56,889 nucleotides of DNA from a virus (Duplodnaviria > Caudoviricetes): the IMG/VR virus record IMGVR_UViG_3300005805_000108, positions 1-56,889 of that record. One strand, 5' to 3'. A model generated the notes under the pieces. The model worked only from the letters and a program-made list of their open reading frames with translations, was not told the origin of the DNA and did not search any database. Shown here piece after piece: positions 10,314-21,000 of the stretch; the stretch's first letter is position 1; each line of letters opens with the position of its first letter. Made by a program: the position numbers and the translations under genes.

Positions 10314-11206
10314 TCTAATACTGTGGATCCTCGATTTGTATAATTTTTATTAAAATGATATTTAAAAAATTTACTTTGATCTGCAGTCATATCTACTATA
10401 GGTAAAGATAATCTGGTTCGTAGTGTTTGACCGAGATTTTCGCAGGCCTTTTCATCATCTTGTTTAAATGATTGCCAAAGTCCATGAAGCTCATCAAAAT
10501 CCTGTACCTTTGTGTAATCCCAACCGCGTAACATAGTTAAATATGTACCCAATCTTGCACCATATATTGCCCATTTACCGTTTTCAACGTCTGTCCCTAC
10601 ACTTTGCCAAATACATAGATGATCATAGTTGCGTTTATGTATTCTCGATTCGAATTCTTCCAGGGTTGGTTTTTGTCCCCTATCTAAACACATTTTTACT
10701 CCTTCTCTGAAACCCGCACGCCAAGCTTGAAATGGAGTTGCATTTGGATAGGTAGTACTATAACAATCATGCATAGCTTTATAATTAGGGTCAAAACAAA
10801 ATTCTACTAGTGTTTCATCTCTACCATCACTGTTTTCGTGAGTGCGCATATTAAAAGCAAATTCTCGTGTCCAACAGCTAATTCCGCCATTGCCATACAT
10901 TAATCCATTTATATAATTACGTGCTTTCCATCTGAATACATAGTGCTTATTAATATTGTCTATTTTAAGTTGTTGATTAAAAAAGTCAGCATCGGGTATA
11001 TTATCACCATCAATTACAATAAACCTTTCTGTATCGCTGGCTTTTGCCGCCGCTTTGTGTGCTGCATCACTACCTTTTATTCCATCTACTCGTTTAGCCC
11101 ATGGAATCATATTCCTAATCTTAATCCAAAATTCTTCCTTTTTTGGTTCGTCATAGGTTAGAAATATGCAATCTAAATCTGCAATATCAATTATCTGTTC
11201 TTGCAT
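10310..11206 (-). CDS. Glycosyltransferase-like (GT-A fold) protein
   Basis: Hydrophobic strand followed by DGD (FIVIDGDN), YGNGG loop; context among sugar-modifying genes. Confidence 0.65.
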   Translation of the reverse strand: MQEQIIDIADLDCIFLTYDEPKKEEFWIKIRNMIPWAKRVDGIKGSDAAHKAAAKASDTERFIVIDGDNIPDADFFNQQLKIDNINKHYVFRWKARNYINGLMYGNGGISCWTREFAFNMRTHENSDGRDETLVEFCFDPNYKAMHDCYSTTYPNATPFQAWRAGFREGVKMCLDRGQKPTLEEFESRIHKRNYDHLCIWQSVGTDVENGKWAIYGARLGTYLTMLRGWDYTKVQDFDELHGLWQSFKQDDEKACENLGQTLRTRLSLPIVDMTADQSKFFKYHFNKNYTNRGSTVLE

Positions 11207-11540
11207 AGTTATCTATATCATTGTAGGTTTCATTTGCTTCTAATAATAACCCTGCATGGTTTTTAACAGTAACAAAACCTTGATCAGTTTTTTTCATGGG
11301 TTTGTTATATTTACGATCTATTTCAATTAATACTAATTTTTTATCTTTTATAGTATAACGAAAATAATTATCGTATTCGTTTTTATCTACTACAATATAA
11401 TCATTGCCCTCCCGGTGATTTTGCATGCTACACTCAATAATATTTCCTTGATTATCATAATAAATTCTATATTCAATGATTGGATCAGGGAGATTGTAAA
11501 TTAGTGGTTCCGCTTTCATTAATTCTTCTAGCCAAGACAT
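11187..11540 (-). CDS. Hypothetical protein
   Basis: 117-aa ORF overlapping both neighbours in the same operon. Confidence 0.7.
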   Translation of the reverse strand: MSWLEELMKAEPLIYNLPDPIIEYRIYYDNQGNIIECSMQNHREGNDYIVVDKNEYDNYFRYTIKDKKLVLIEIDRKYNKPMKKTDQGFVTVKNHAGLLLEANETYNDIDNYARTDN

Positions 11541-12369
11541 TTTCGTATTCCTTTAAGATACTATCATTTATGAAACTTTTTTCATGGTAATGTAGTGGGT
11601 AATATTGATTTACATTCGCTATTCTGATCATAGGAAGATCTAATTCAACACTAACTATTTCATGCCATGGCTGATTAGGCCATTCATTTATTGCTGGTTT
11701 CATATGAACAAAATTTATAAAATCAGCACTGGGTATGGTGCATTGTTCGATACCCAAAATTTGAGCTGCTAGTGCATACACAACATCTGTGGATACATAT
11801 TGCTGTCTACAATTTTTTAACACATTTGCATAGATATATTTCCAATTAGAAAAAATTTTTTCTGCTAATTGAAAAAAATCAAATGCAGTTTTACTGTATC
11901 TAAAATACATTAAACCATTATAAATATCTGGCAACAAATTATCATCAAAAAATTTTCTATACTGTCTACTCGACGCTTTATCACCCATATAATTCTTGCA
12001 CCCTAGACTAAGAACAACATCTCTTAGTCTGAATGTGTTAATCCAGTGTGCTATACTTCTAGTGATTAATATATCACTTTCTAATTTTATTGTTTCTTTA
12101 AACGGAGATAAATTAAATATTTGCCATTCATTTTCAAATTTATTAGAATCAGATTCTGAACAATCTTTTTCTAATTCGATTACATGATTAAAATAATTTA
12201 GATGCTTATTTTCTATTAGATTAGCGGTGAATTTATCAACAATCACTGCATAGGAATATTCTGGCATTACTAATTTAATACTCATTGCCTGTAAATAAGC
12301 TAAATCTAAATAATTTGTTTGATTTGTATTTTGAGCAATAGTTAAAAATCCTACTTGATCTAGTTTCAT
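11485..12369 (-). CDS. Glycosyltransferase-like protein (GT8-like), ExD variant
   Basis: SPFKETIKLESDIL, YNGLMYF, DVVYA, FVHMK; collinear with neighbour 12366-13172. Confidence 0.6.
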   Translation of the reverse strand: MKLDQVGFLTIAQNTNQTNYLDLAYLQAMSIKLVMPEYSYAVIVDKFTANLIENKHLNYFNHVIELEKDCSESDSNKFENEWQIFNLSPFKETIKLESDILITRSIAHWINTFRLRDVVLSLGCKNYMGDKASSRQYRKFFDDNLLPDIYNGLMYFRYSKTAFDFFQLAEKIFSNWKYIYANVLKNCRQQYVSTDVVYALAAQILGIEQCTIPSADFINFVHMKPAINEWPNQPWHEIVSVELDLPMIRIANVNQYYPLHYHEKSFINDSILKEYENVLARRINESGTTNLQSP

Positions 12370-13172
12370 TTTGTAACCGTATCAATGAATTTATTGAAAT
12401 CTTCTGATAGTAAGTAGTTCTTATCCATAATATGAATATCATGTTTAGGAAATACCCAGGCCTTTTCAGTATTTTTAATTATTATATTATTATTTTTTAG
12501 TTCCAAATTAGTGATATAATTATCAAAAGTAGTAATCGAAAAAGGAATGACATTTTTTAAATTTGCTGTATAACCATTGATAATATTATTAGCAATAGTA
12601 AATGCAAAATCATTTCTAAAATTGTTAGCTTGAATATTGTATAATTTACAATAATAACTGTAATTACGTTGTATTCTACCCACTAACTGAAATAACAGTT
12701 CTGATTTAATAGTTTTATTAAATATTACAATCGTTGCCCAAATGGTTGGTAAGCTCATTGGGCCTAGCTTTTCGCTAGTAGAATTCATATAATTATTATA
12801 ACTTAATATTTGATAATCTATGGTTGTATCTATTAATTTTGAAAGACTTTCACTTAATACTAGATAGTCGGTATCTAGCAATAATGTAGTATCAAAAGGA
12901 CTGAGAGAGTATGCCAGATATCTATTTTTGTTTTTCCAATTTGAGGATTTTATTAAACCCGATCTATAATTTGTAGTATCATTAGATAAATTAATAACCT
13001 GTTCAAAAATTTCATTTTTTACATCAATATCGGTTATTAAACAAATAGGTAAATTTAAATATTTTTTTACTAGTCTAGCAGATTTTTCTGCTATAGTAAT
13101 ATAGTCGGTTTGATCGGTATTATAGGCGATTAGTATAACACCCTTAGACTTTTCTAATTTTGGATAGTTCAT
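12366..13172 (-). CDS. Glycosyltransferase-like protein (GT8-like)
   Basis: SPFDTTLLLDTDYL (DxD), WATI, RNDFAF, HIMDK; start placed at second Met (MNYPK), track start 13193 is the alternative. Confidence 0.6.
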   Translation of the reverse strand: MNYPKLEKSKGVILIAYNTDQTDYITIAEKSARLVKKYLNLPICLITDIDVKNEIFEQVINLSNDTTNYRSGLIKSSNWKNKNRYLAYSLSPFDTTLLLDTDYLVLSESLSKLIDTTIDYQILSYNNYMNSTSEKLGPMSLPTIWATIVIFNKTIKSELLFQLVGRIQRNYSYYCKLYNIQANNFRNDFAFTIANNIINGYTANLKNVIPFSITTFDNYITNLELKNNNIIIKNTEKAWVFPKHDIHIMDKNYLLSEDFNKFIDTVTK

Positions 13173-13458
13173 TGAATTGAATATGCCATTCATTCATAAT
13201 AGAATAATAATGCTGTCTTGCTAATTCTAATAATTCTTTACGATTAATTTTAATGGGATTTTCGTATATATCTTCCAAAAATATTTCATCATCGGGCCAG
13301 GTAGCTAAAAATGCCAAAAGATCAGTGGTTATTTTAAAAAGCCCTTGGTTATATGCTATGTGGAGATCGGTTTGAATTTTTTCTCGTAATTTAATACGAT
13401 TAATTTGAAAATCTGTAGATAATTTTATTTGATTAACTATTTGTTCTAATTCTGTCAT
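13144..13458 (-). CDS. Hypothetical protein
   Basis: Start moved to MTELEQ (13458), which avoids overlap with the upstream gene and sits 5 nt after an ATATATA box. Confidence 0.7.
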   Translation of the reverse strand: MTELEQIVNQIKLSTDFQINRIKLREKIQTDLHIAYNQGLFKITTDLLAFLATWPDDEIFLEDIYENPIKINRKELLELARQHYYSIMNEWHIQFNELSKIRKV

Positions 13459-13495
13459 GCAAATATATATGCACGAACGAAGAAGATAAAAAATT

Positions 13496-14425
13496 TTAAG
13501 CAGAATCAAATGTAATAGTGCTACCGCCCCAAGAATTAGATAAGAAAGTGGTTTCTGGTAATACTAAATCGCATCGAACATTAAAAGTTAAATTAATTGC
13601 TCCGCCGTAGGCATCATCAGCAGGAGCATACACACCGCATCTGATAACAAATATATTTCCCTTACTGCCTCTGGTAGTATCCGAATTCCCTGCAAAAAAT
13701 TGTACATAGGCATGTATATTTGAGTAGGCTGCAGCCGAACTATACACTACTATGATGTTAGTTGGACTATTAAACACAAGATTATAATAGCCAAAACTAG
13801 TGTTACTTGTAGTTAAATTATTACCAGTTCCTGTTCTACCACCATTAGTTGTAGGTCCAATATTGTTAATTCCACCTATACTATTAATCACATCTCGAGC
13901 TGCTTGACTTCTTGTTGTACTTGCATTGTCAGTGGCACTAAACACTAAATTTAATCTACCGCCACTATTAAAGAAATATCTAGCTTGATCGCTGCTGCCC
14001 CATGGTATATTAATGTCTCTAAAATAATTTAAGATCGTTGTAGCACCAGCAGTGGGATTAGTCGAATCAGTGGTTCTGGTTGGAGTAGCACCTTGAGTTG
14101 CAAAAGTAAGTCTATTAGTATAGGCAGTGCTGATATTGCCACTTAGAGCACTAAGATAAGTAATAACATCACCAGTAACTGGCACTGTTAAGTTTGAATG
14201 TGACACACCTGCTTGATGTTTTCGTGTTGCATTTACTGCATTAAGTAAAGTGGCCCACTGAGGTGCAGTTATGGTTTGTCCATCTGATACGGTACTTACT
14301 GCGGTTTGCCCATACCCTGCATCTCCTGTGCCCTGTCCATAGGTTGCATTTATATTAGGGCTATTTGTAGATGAAAATCCATTATAATCAATATCTTCGA
14401 TTAAACCACCGGATGCGTATGTCAT
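13496..14425 (-). CDS. Putative virion structural / tail-fibre-associated protein
   Basis: Thr/Gly/Ser/Asn-rich beta-type composition; directly downstream of fibre genes. Confidence 0.55.
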   Translation of the reverse strand: MTYASGGLIEDIDYNGFSSTNSPNINATYGQGTGDAGYGQTAVSTVSDGQTITAPQWATLLNAVNATRKHQAGVSHSNLTVPVTGDVITYLSALSGNISTAYTNRLTFATQGATPTRTTDSTNPTAGATTILNYFRDINIPWGSSDQARYFFNSGGRLNLVFSATDNASTTRSQAARDVINSIGGINNIGPTTNGGRTGTGNNLTTSNTSFGYYNLVFNSPTNIIVVYSSAAAYSNIHAYVQFFAGNSDTTRGSKGNIFVIRCGVYAPADDAYGGAINLTFNVRCDLVLPETTFLSNSWGGSTITFDSA

Positions 14426-14438
14426 TTATTTTATTCCA

Positions 14439-15800
14439 TTAAACATTGAATTTTACGATAGCAGTTATCATACCTATACCATCATCATATTTATTTTCTA
14501 ATGCTTTACCAAATATATGTAAAGATCCAACTTCTTCTCCCACTCTACTAGCTCTTGCTATCCCATTACCAGCACTAATTAATCTATCTCCCTTTGATAC
14601 CTTTCCGATTACCCGAACTGGGACTCGTCCGCTAAGTGCCACTGGAGGAGCAATTATATTATCTGCCAAATTTGAGTTCATTAAGTAAGCAGGATTAGAA
14701 CTTATTACACCTAAAACATTGGGACTGGCATCATCATTTTCAATTGTAATTTCTTTTTCGCCGCCAATTCGTACAAGCGTGCCTGGCTCATATAGTTGAT
14801 CTGACTCAAACCTTTCTGCCAAGTCAGCATATTGTGCTTCTGTAGCAATACCAACAAAATAAGAACCAATTACATTTGCAGTAGTAGTAATATTAGAAGT
14901 AGTTGAAATATTTCCAGATACATTGCCTAATACATTACCTAATACATTCCCTAATATATTACCAAATATATTAGCTCCGGAAATATTACCTGTTACGGTA
15001 AGGTTACCGTTAATTGTAGTATTGGATAAAGTAGTTTCTATATTAGCAACAATATTATTTGCAGTTACAGTTCCTGTTGCAATTATAGATCCATTAATTA
15101 ATATATTACCACTTAAGCTGCCGCCAGTTCTTACATAATCATTTGCAGAGAAACCGCCTAAACTGTCAGCATCCGATGCTTTACCCCAAAATTTTACATT
15201 TGCGATAATGGCTTCATTAATTAAGTTTACCCCTGGTTTAATTGTAATAAAACCTGATATTGGACTAAAGGGTGTATACTCTGAATCTTTACTGTTGATA
15301 GCAAGTAAGGTAGAACCTACATAAATTTTTACTGCTATATGAGATACATTGGCTACATCAGTGATAGTATCAACTAAAATTCCGCTAGTGCCTACATTAG
15401 CAGCAAAAGCTGGGCCTACCAATACCCAAGATGATCCATTATAAACATTTAATTGTTGATTAACTGTATCCCACCAACTACTACCTGTTACTGCACCCGA
15501 AGGAGCAGAGTTAGCAGTAGTAACTGTACTGATAGTTTTAAATCCTTGACTAGTCCCGGATCCTGTATAAACTTTTAAATTTCCGGACTTATCCCACCAA
15601 AGTTGACCAGTAATCGGCGAGGTTGGAGCAGTTTCACTACTGGAATTTTCCAAAAGATGCACAAGATTATCGTTATAAATTGTTCCATACCCAACATAGT
15701 TTTTACCAATTAGTGTTAAACTACAACTAGTATCATTGATGGTCCCATCTTCTACTGTTGTAAGTAATGTGCCATCTGTTAGGGTTATAGAAAATGCCAT
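14439..15800 (-). CDS. Tail fibre-like protein with C-terminal intramolecular chaperone (peptidase G2-like) domain
   Basis: GQLWWD repeats, G-N-[IVL] beta-repeats, YADLAE motif followed by GVIS..PAYLMN...VALSGRVPV. Confidence 0.7.
   Translation of the reverse strand: MAFSITLTDGTLLTTVEDGTINDTSCSLTLIGKNYVGYGTIYNDNLVHLLENSSSETAPTSPITGQLWWDKSGNLKVYTGSGTSQGFKTISTVTTANSAPSGAVTGSSWWDTVNQQLNVYNGSSWVLVGPAFAANVGTSGILVDTITDVANVSHIAVKIYVGSTLLAINSKDSEYTPFSPISGFITIKPGVNLINEAIIANVKFWGKASDADSLGGFSANDYVRTGGSLSGNILINGSIIATGTVTANNIVANIETTLSNTTINGNLTVTGNISGANIFGNILGNVLGNVLGNVSGNISTTSNITTTANVIGSYFVGIATEAQYADLAERFESDQLYEPGTLVRIGGEKEITIENDDASPNVLGVISSNPAYLMNSNLADNIIAPPVALSGRVPVRVIGKVSKGDRLISAGNGIARASRVGEEVGSLHIFGKALENKYDDGIGMITAIVKFNV
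14919..14974. repeat. Degenerate 12-bp tandem repeat encoding GNIL/GNVL/GNVL/GNVS
   Basis: TACATT(G/A/C)CCTAA-like units repeated about 4-5 times. Confidence 0.7.
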
Positions 15801-15820
15801 TGTTATTCTTCGCTTTTAAT

Positions 15821-17281
15821 TTAACTATTTAACTTTACTATAGCTAAAACCAGACCTTCTTCATTGTTTGTTTTGTTTTCTAAGGATCTACCTATCACAT
15901 TATAGGGAGTTAGTTCTGATTTTTTTGCTGCTTTTGCCAATCCATTTCCTGCACTAACTAAACGATCGCCTTTTTTAACTGTTCCTATAACTCTTACCGG
16001 GACTCGTCCGTTTAGAGCTACTTGCGGATGTGTTTGATTAGTGCCTGCACCTGCATTCATAAGATAGGCAGCTCGTGTGCTAATTACGCCTAGTACATCT
16101 TCGCTTAGATCTTGGTTTTCTTGTGTAATTTCCTCAATACCGCCCAGTCTTACTACAGTTCCTGGTAAGTAGTAGGAATCTGCGCTAAATCTTTCTGCTA
16201 TATCAGCATATTGTGCCTCAGATGCAATTCCAACAAAGTATGACCCAATTACATTAGCAGTTGTTACAATGTTAGAAGTAGTAGAAATATTTCCAGAAAT
16301 ATTGCCTGTTACGGTGACATTTCCTGATACTATTAAATTTCCTGTACCAGTAATATTATTAGCACTAATATTACCTGACACAGTAACGTTACCTGTAACA
16401 CTGGTATTAAGTAATTCTACTCTACCATTGGCTCCATTAATATTAATAGATTCACTGGTAACTCCTGACACATTAACTCTAAATGCTAAATTTCCTAAAT
16501 TTTGTGTATTGCTTATTCTTGCATGAATTGTATTAAGATTAGCTACAAGGTTACTAGCAGTACCTACTACTACAGCCACATTACTGGTTAAAGTACTTCC
16601 AAAAACTGCAGCTATATCTTTTCTTGCATAGTTTGTGCCTGATACTCCCTGTAAATCCGAAGCATTACTTGCTGTGCCCCAAAATGCAACATTAGCCAAC
16701 GTACCAGTGGAGACTAAATTAAATCCAGGTTTAATTGTAGAAAACCCTGTAATACCAGTTTGTGGTGTATATTCTTGATCTTTACTGTAAACTCCAACTA
16801 AAGTATTATTAACCCACACATTTACTGCAACATGTTGATTTGTCAGTGTGTCTGTAATATTTCCTACCAGTACGCCCGAGGTTCCGGTATTAGCAGTAAA
16901 ATCAGGACCTATTAGTGTCCAACCAGATCCATTATATAGTTTTAATTGTGCATTACTGGTATCCCACCAAAAATGCCCCGTTTTACTATTACTGGGCGCA
17001 CCATTGGATGAAGTTATAGTTCCTAAATTCCTAAAATCCGATCCATTCCAAACTCTGATATTTCCAGAAGCGTCCCACCATAGTTGTCCATTTAAAGGTG
17101 TACTAGGGGGACTTACATTGCTAAAATTTTCTAATAGATGTACTAGATTTTCGTTAAAAAATGTCCCATATCCTGAATAATTTCTACCAATTAACGTCAT
17201 TGAACAGCTAGTATCATTGACTGTGCCATCTGCCACAGTGGTTAATAAAGTTCCATCGGTTAAAGTTATTGTATAAGCCAT
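15821..17281 (-). CDS. Tail fibre-like protein, paralog of 14439-15800
   Basis: Near-identical N-terminus (MAYTITLTDGTLLTTV.DGT.NDTSCS) and GNISTTSNI.TTANVIGSYFVGIA.EAQYAD.AERF segment. Confidence 0.7.
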   Translation of the reverse strand: MAYTITLTDGTLLTTVADGTVNDTSCSMTLIGRNYSGYGTFFNENLVHLLENFSNVSPPSTPLNGQLWWDASGNIRVWNGSDFRNLGTITSSNGAPSNSKTGHFWWDTSNAQLKLYNGSGWTLIGPDFTANTGTSGVLVGNITDTLTNQHVAVNVWVNNTLVGVYSKDQEYTPQTGITGFSTIKPGFNLVSTGTLANVAFWGTASNASDLQGVSGTNYARKDIAAVFGSTLTSNVAVVVGTASNLVANLNTIHARISNTQNLGNLAFRVNVSGVTSESININGANGRVELLNTSVTGNVTVSGNISANNITGTGNLIVSGNVTVTGNISGNISTTSNIVTTANVIGSYFVGIASEAQYADIAERFSADSYYLPGTVVRLGGIEEITQENQDLSEDVLGVISTRAAYLMNAGAGTNQTHPQVALNGRVPVRVIGTVKKGDRLVSAGNGLAKAAKKSELTPYNVIGRSLENKTNNEEGLVLAIVKLNS

Positions 17282-17308
17282 TTTTTTAATAATCCGTTTT
17301 AATATTTA

Positions 17309-17902
17309 TCATTGATTAGTACTCAAATTTGTCAAGGTTTGAATACGTATTGTATAATCAATTTGAATCAACCTATTCAATGATTTTTGTACAGGGTGGA
17401 ATATTACATGAGTCAATAATTTTCCACTCTCGCTAACTAATCCTAGTTCATCAAAAACATATGTCCCATCCATTGTTGAACTATTATCAAAAGCCTGCTG
17501 ACCCGTGGGTTCTGCGTAATCTAATAGACAACTTACAAAAACGTCTGTATAAATTAAACCAGGAGTATGTCTAATTTGAATATAGTTACGTTCAGGATCT
17601 AAATTTTGTGCACTGGTATTATCTACAATTTTTTCGTATGTCTGATTATATAATGAAGCACTTTGACCAAAAGTATTTGGGGGTAGATAGGTAATTACTC
17701 CAGTACTATCGACTGCTGTTCCACCATTACCAAATACCATATTTTGTATATATCCGATACCTTTATTTGCAAGACTTTGTGCTAAAGCTTCACTCATATT
17801 TTCATAATGAATAGCATTTTTTTTGTCAATTAAAATCTCTTTAGATTTTACATCCCATATTTTAATATGACCTTGCACCATTACATTGTTTTTGTCAAAC
17901 AT
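17309..17902 (-). CDS. Putative baseplate/tail structural protein
   Basis: FGNGG, FDELGL, HPVQKS motifs; located between wedge and fibre genes. Confidence 0.55.
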   Translation of the reverse strand: MFDKNNVMVQGHIKIWDVKSKEILIDKKNAIHYENMSEALAQSLANKGIGYIQNMVFGNGGTAVDSTGVITYLPPNTFGQSASLYNQTYEKIVDNTSAQNLDPERNYIQIRHTPGLIYTDVFVSCLLDYAEPTGQQAFDNSSTMDGTYVFDELGLVSESGKLLTHVIFHPVQKSLNRLIQIDYTIRIQTLTNLSTNQ

Positions 17903-17912
17903 AACTATCCTG

Positions 17913-18071
17913 TTAATTTGAAGTTGTTACTATGATTTCACCAGATTCTGGATCAAAAATTTTTAAAATGCCGCGAACGAAAATTCCGCCTTTTTCATCT
18001 ACCGTATCATTAGAAGGTAAGGTATCTTCTTTTTTAGCATTATCATCTTTTGTTTCTAATATATTTACCAT
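17913..18071 (-). CDS. Small 52-aa protein missing from the ORF track
   Basis: ATG 18071 to TAA 17913: MVNILETKDDNAKKEDTLPSNDTVDEKGGIFVRGILKIFDPESGEIIVTTSN; fills the gap exactly, ATAAATA box upstream, C-terminus resembles N-terminus of next gene. Confidence 0.7.
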   Translation of the reverse strand: MVNILETKDDNAKKEDTLPSNDTVDEKGGIFVRGILKIFDPESGEIIVTTSN

Positions 18072-18099
18072 ATTTTACTAGTTCTATTCTATATTTATT

Positions 18100-21000
18100 C
18101 TAATTTTGTCTTACAAAAATAGCCTCAGTGGTGTCACTGGTATACAAACCAGTATTAGAACCTATTTCAGTCCATACATTACTTCTAATATAAGTTGCAT
18201 TTCCAGCAAAAGTAATATTTGCACCACCCGCTGTGGTAATTACAGTATTGGCATTAGGAGTAAAGGTATAATTTGAACTTTTTGGCACAATCTCTGTAAA
18301 ACTAGAATCAATTACTGCAGCATTAATATAATGAATATTTGCCCCTGTACCATATGCGCCCCTTATCAATCTTGACAGTGTATTTGTTGTATCATTTTTC
18401 TCAAAGTATACAATTCTTTCACCATTAATTGTGACACTACAAATATTATTACTGCTAGAATCGGGCATGGGCAATACTCTACTATTTGCAACAATTAACG
18501 AATTTGCAGTAAGACTGAGATTAGATGCTAGTAAAGTAGTAGCATTTTCAGCTATTCTAAGGTATTGATAATTATCATTTTTATCTTTAAAAATTCTATA
18601 TTCAAAGTTATTATAGGTGTTCTGCGTCAATCTTGCAGATAGAACTGCTGCAGTAATATTACCCCCTGTAACAGTAACATTGGGAATAGTGGAATATGCA
18701 ATTCCCACATTAGTTAAGGTTACAGCAGTAATCTTACCATTTGCATCTAATGTTACATTTGCAGCAGCCGAAGACCCTGTAGTGCCAGATATCACCACCG
18801 CAACATTTGCTGCAGAATATCCCGACCCTCCATTGACAATTACTATTTCGTCAAGATAAAATCCTGTATTTGAAATCCAATTACTGTAACTAGCCTGTGC
18901 TGCATTAGTACTAAAAGTCTGTACTTTTAAATCAAGAGTATCAAAAATTCTACCAGGTACTAGTTCTTCTGGGGCATGACTGCTGTATGTACTAACATAT
19001 GTATGCCCATCTACAATAATATCTCCTGCAGCAGATCCCAATGTTGTATCTGTATATAAACTCTGTATTTTAGTATCATATAATTCATCAGGTATACTAG
19101 GAGTTCCCTCTGCATCATAGAATACTGGATCAAAAGTATTAATATCAAAATTAGCGATATCAAATCCGCCGGATTCATTATAAGCAAAACCTTCTACTGT
19201 AACGCCAGGATATTCTATACCACTTTGTAATAGACTATAATCTTTGCCAAGAGATCCAGCTTCGGCGGTATAATAACTTTGTATTCTATCATTGGCTGTA
19301 GATAAACTATTAGGAGATAATAATTTTAAATTAGCACTATCAAAAAGAGCAGTGCTAACAAAATTTCTTATTACAGTATAGGCATTGTTATTATAAGCAA
19401 CAACATTTCCTTGACTATAGCTGGTATTTGCTGTCCATTCAAGAATATTACTGCCATAAGTAACTCTATCATATTTAAGAATGGTTTTTAATTTACGTAC
19501 TAAAGTATTTGTAAGATTAGCATAAAGTATAGCACCAGAACCATTTCCGCCACTGACAGTAATGATAGGTTGAGTAACATAATTACTACCTGGGTATACA
19601 ACTTCTACTCTTGCTATAGCTCCATTACTTAAAATAGCACGTAATCTTGCATTATCATTTATAAGACTGCCACCGACAGTGATTTCTGGTGCAACAGTAT
19701 AACCGCTTCCGGGATTTTCCACTGTGACAGAATTAACAAAATATTTGTAATTGTATAACCAATCAACGTATTGGGGTTCTTTAAAGAGATCACTATCCTG
19801 TACATATTCCCCACTGGGACTTCTATAAACTTTTAATATAGGATCTAATGTACTAGGTACATCAAAATCTGCAATATATCCATTGAAATTATCTAATATA
19901 TTGTATGATTCTATAATTTCTCTAATTTTAGTTCTAAAAGGTTTAACTTCATTGATATAACTTTCATATAAATTCTGATCTGATTTACTATAAATTTTAG
20001 GTTGTTTAAGATTTTTAACTATTTGATTAACCGTGATAAAACTAGTTTTAAATACCCAATCAAGAGATTTTTGTTCGTTTAGTGCATAATTTATCAGTAC
20101 AAAAAATAAATTCACAAATTCCTGACTTAGTTGATTAATAAACAGACTATCTTGGAGTGCCTGCATAATCTTTCTTATTTCTAAACTAGGAGTTTTATCA
20201 AATCTATCTACACTAAATCTTTCATTACTAAATCCCATGAAGTTTTCTTCAAGAGCATATAAACTATCTAGAAACTTTATAGTGCCATCCTGTATACCAA
20301 TGGTAGTTACAAAAGTAGGCCAGACTTGAATAATACTCCATTTACCTTGGCCTGTGTTTAATATTTTAACTATATCTTCACTTTTCAACGTTAGTTTGCC
20401 TAAGTCTGCTATAGTTTGTACTGTATAGGTCGGTTTGATACTAGTGTTGAATCCCTCGGCATACCAATCTATGTATTGCCAATATTCAGCAGTATCGTAG
20501 GTTTGAACTTTAGTTAATTTCCAAGAATTATCTGCCTGCTTGGTATATATAGTCCATAATCCACCTGCATTAACATCACTATCTACTAAAATTTTGTATC
20601 CAGTGGGCAGTATAGGAGCATTTACATAGGTTAATTCTTCATAGGTTGATACAGTATCATCATATGCGCCAGAACCTGCTACAGGAATAGGATCGGATGA
20701 CTCAAGAATGGTTAAATCAAACCCTTGACTCATAACATATTTTAAAAATACCGTATTCACGTATTTTACTAATTGTTTCATAGCAGTGTCTTGATTTACG
20801 AAGACACTTTGTCTTGGTCTAAATTCTATTCCATAACTTGATTGAGGAGGCAAATATGGATCAGGAACTTGATTTCCATTACTGTCTAATCTACTAAGAC
20901 TATCGATTATTTTCCTATATATGTTACTAGGTATTTGATCGAAGGAATCTGCTGCTGCCGAAATTAATTGATATTCATTGTGAATCTTAATTGAATCTGG

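Noticed and set aside
14439-17281. Diversity-generating retroelement TR/VR pair
   Set aside because: No reverse transcriptase in the window; both copies are coding and differences look synonymous rather than adenine-specific.
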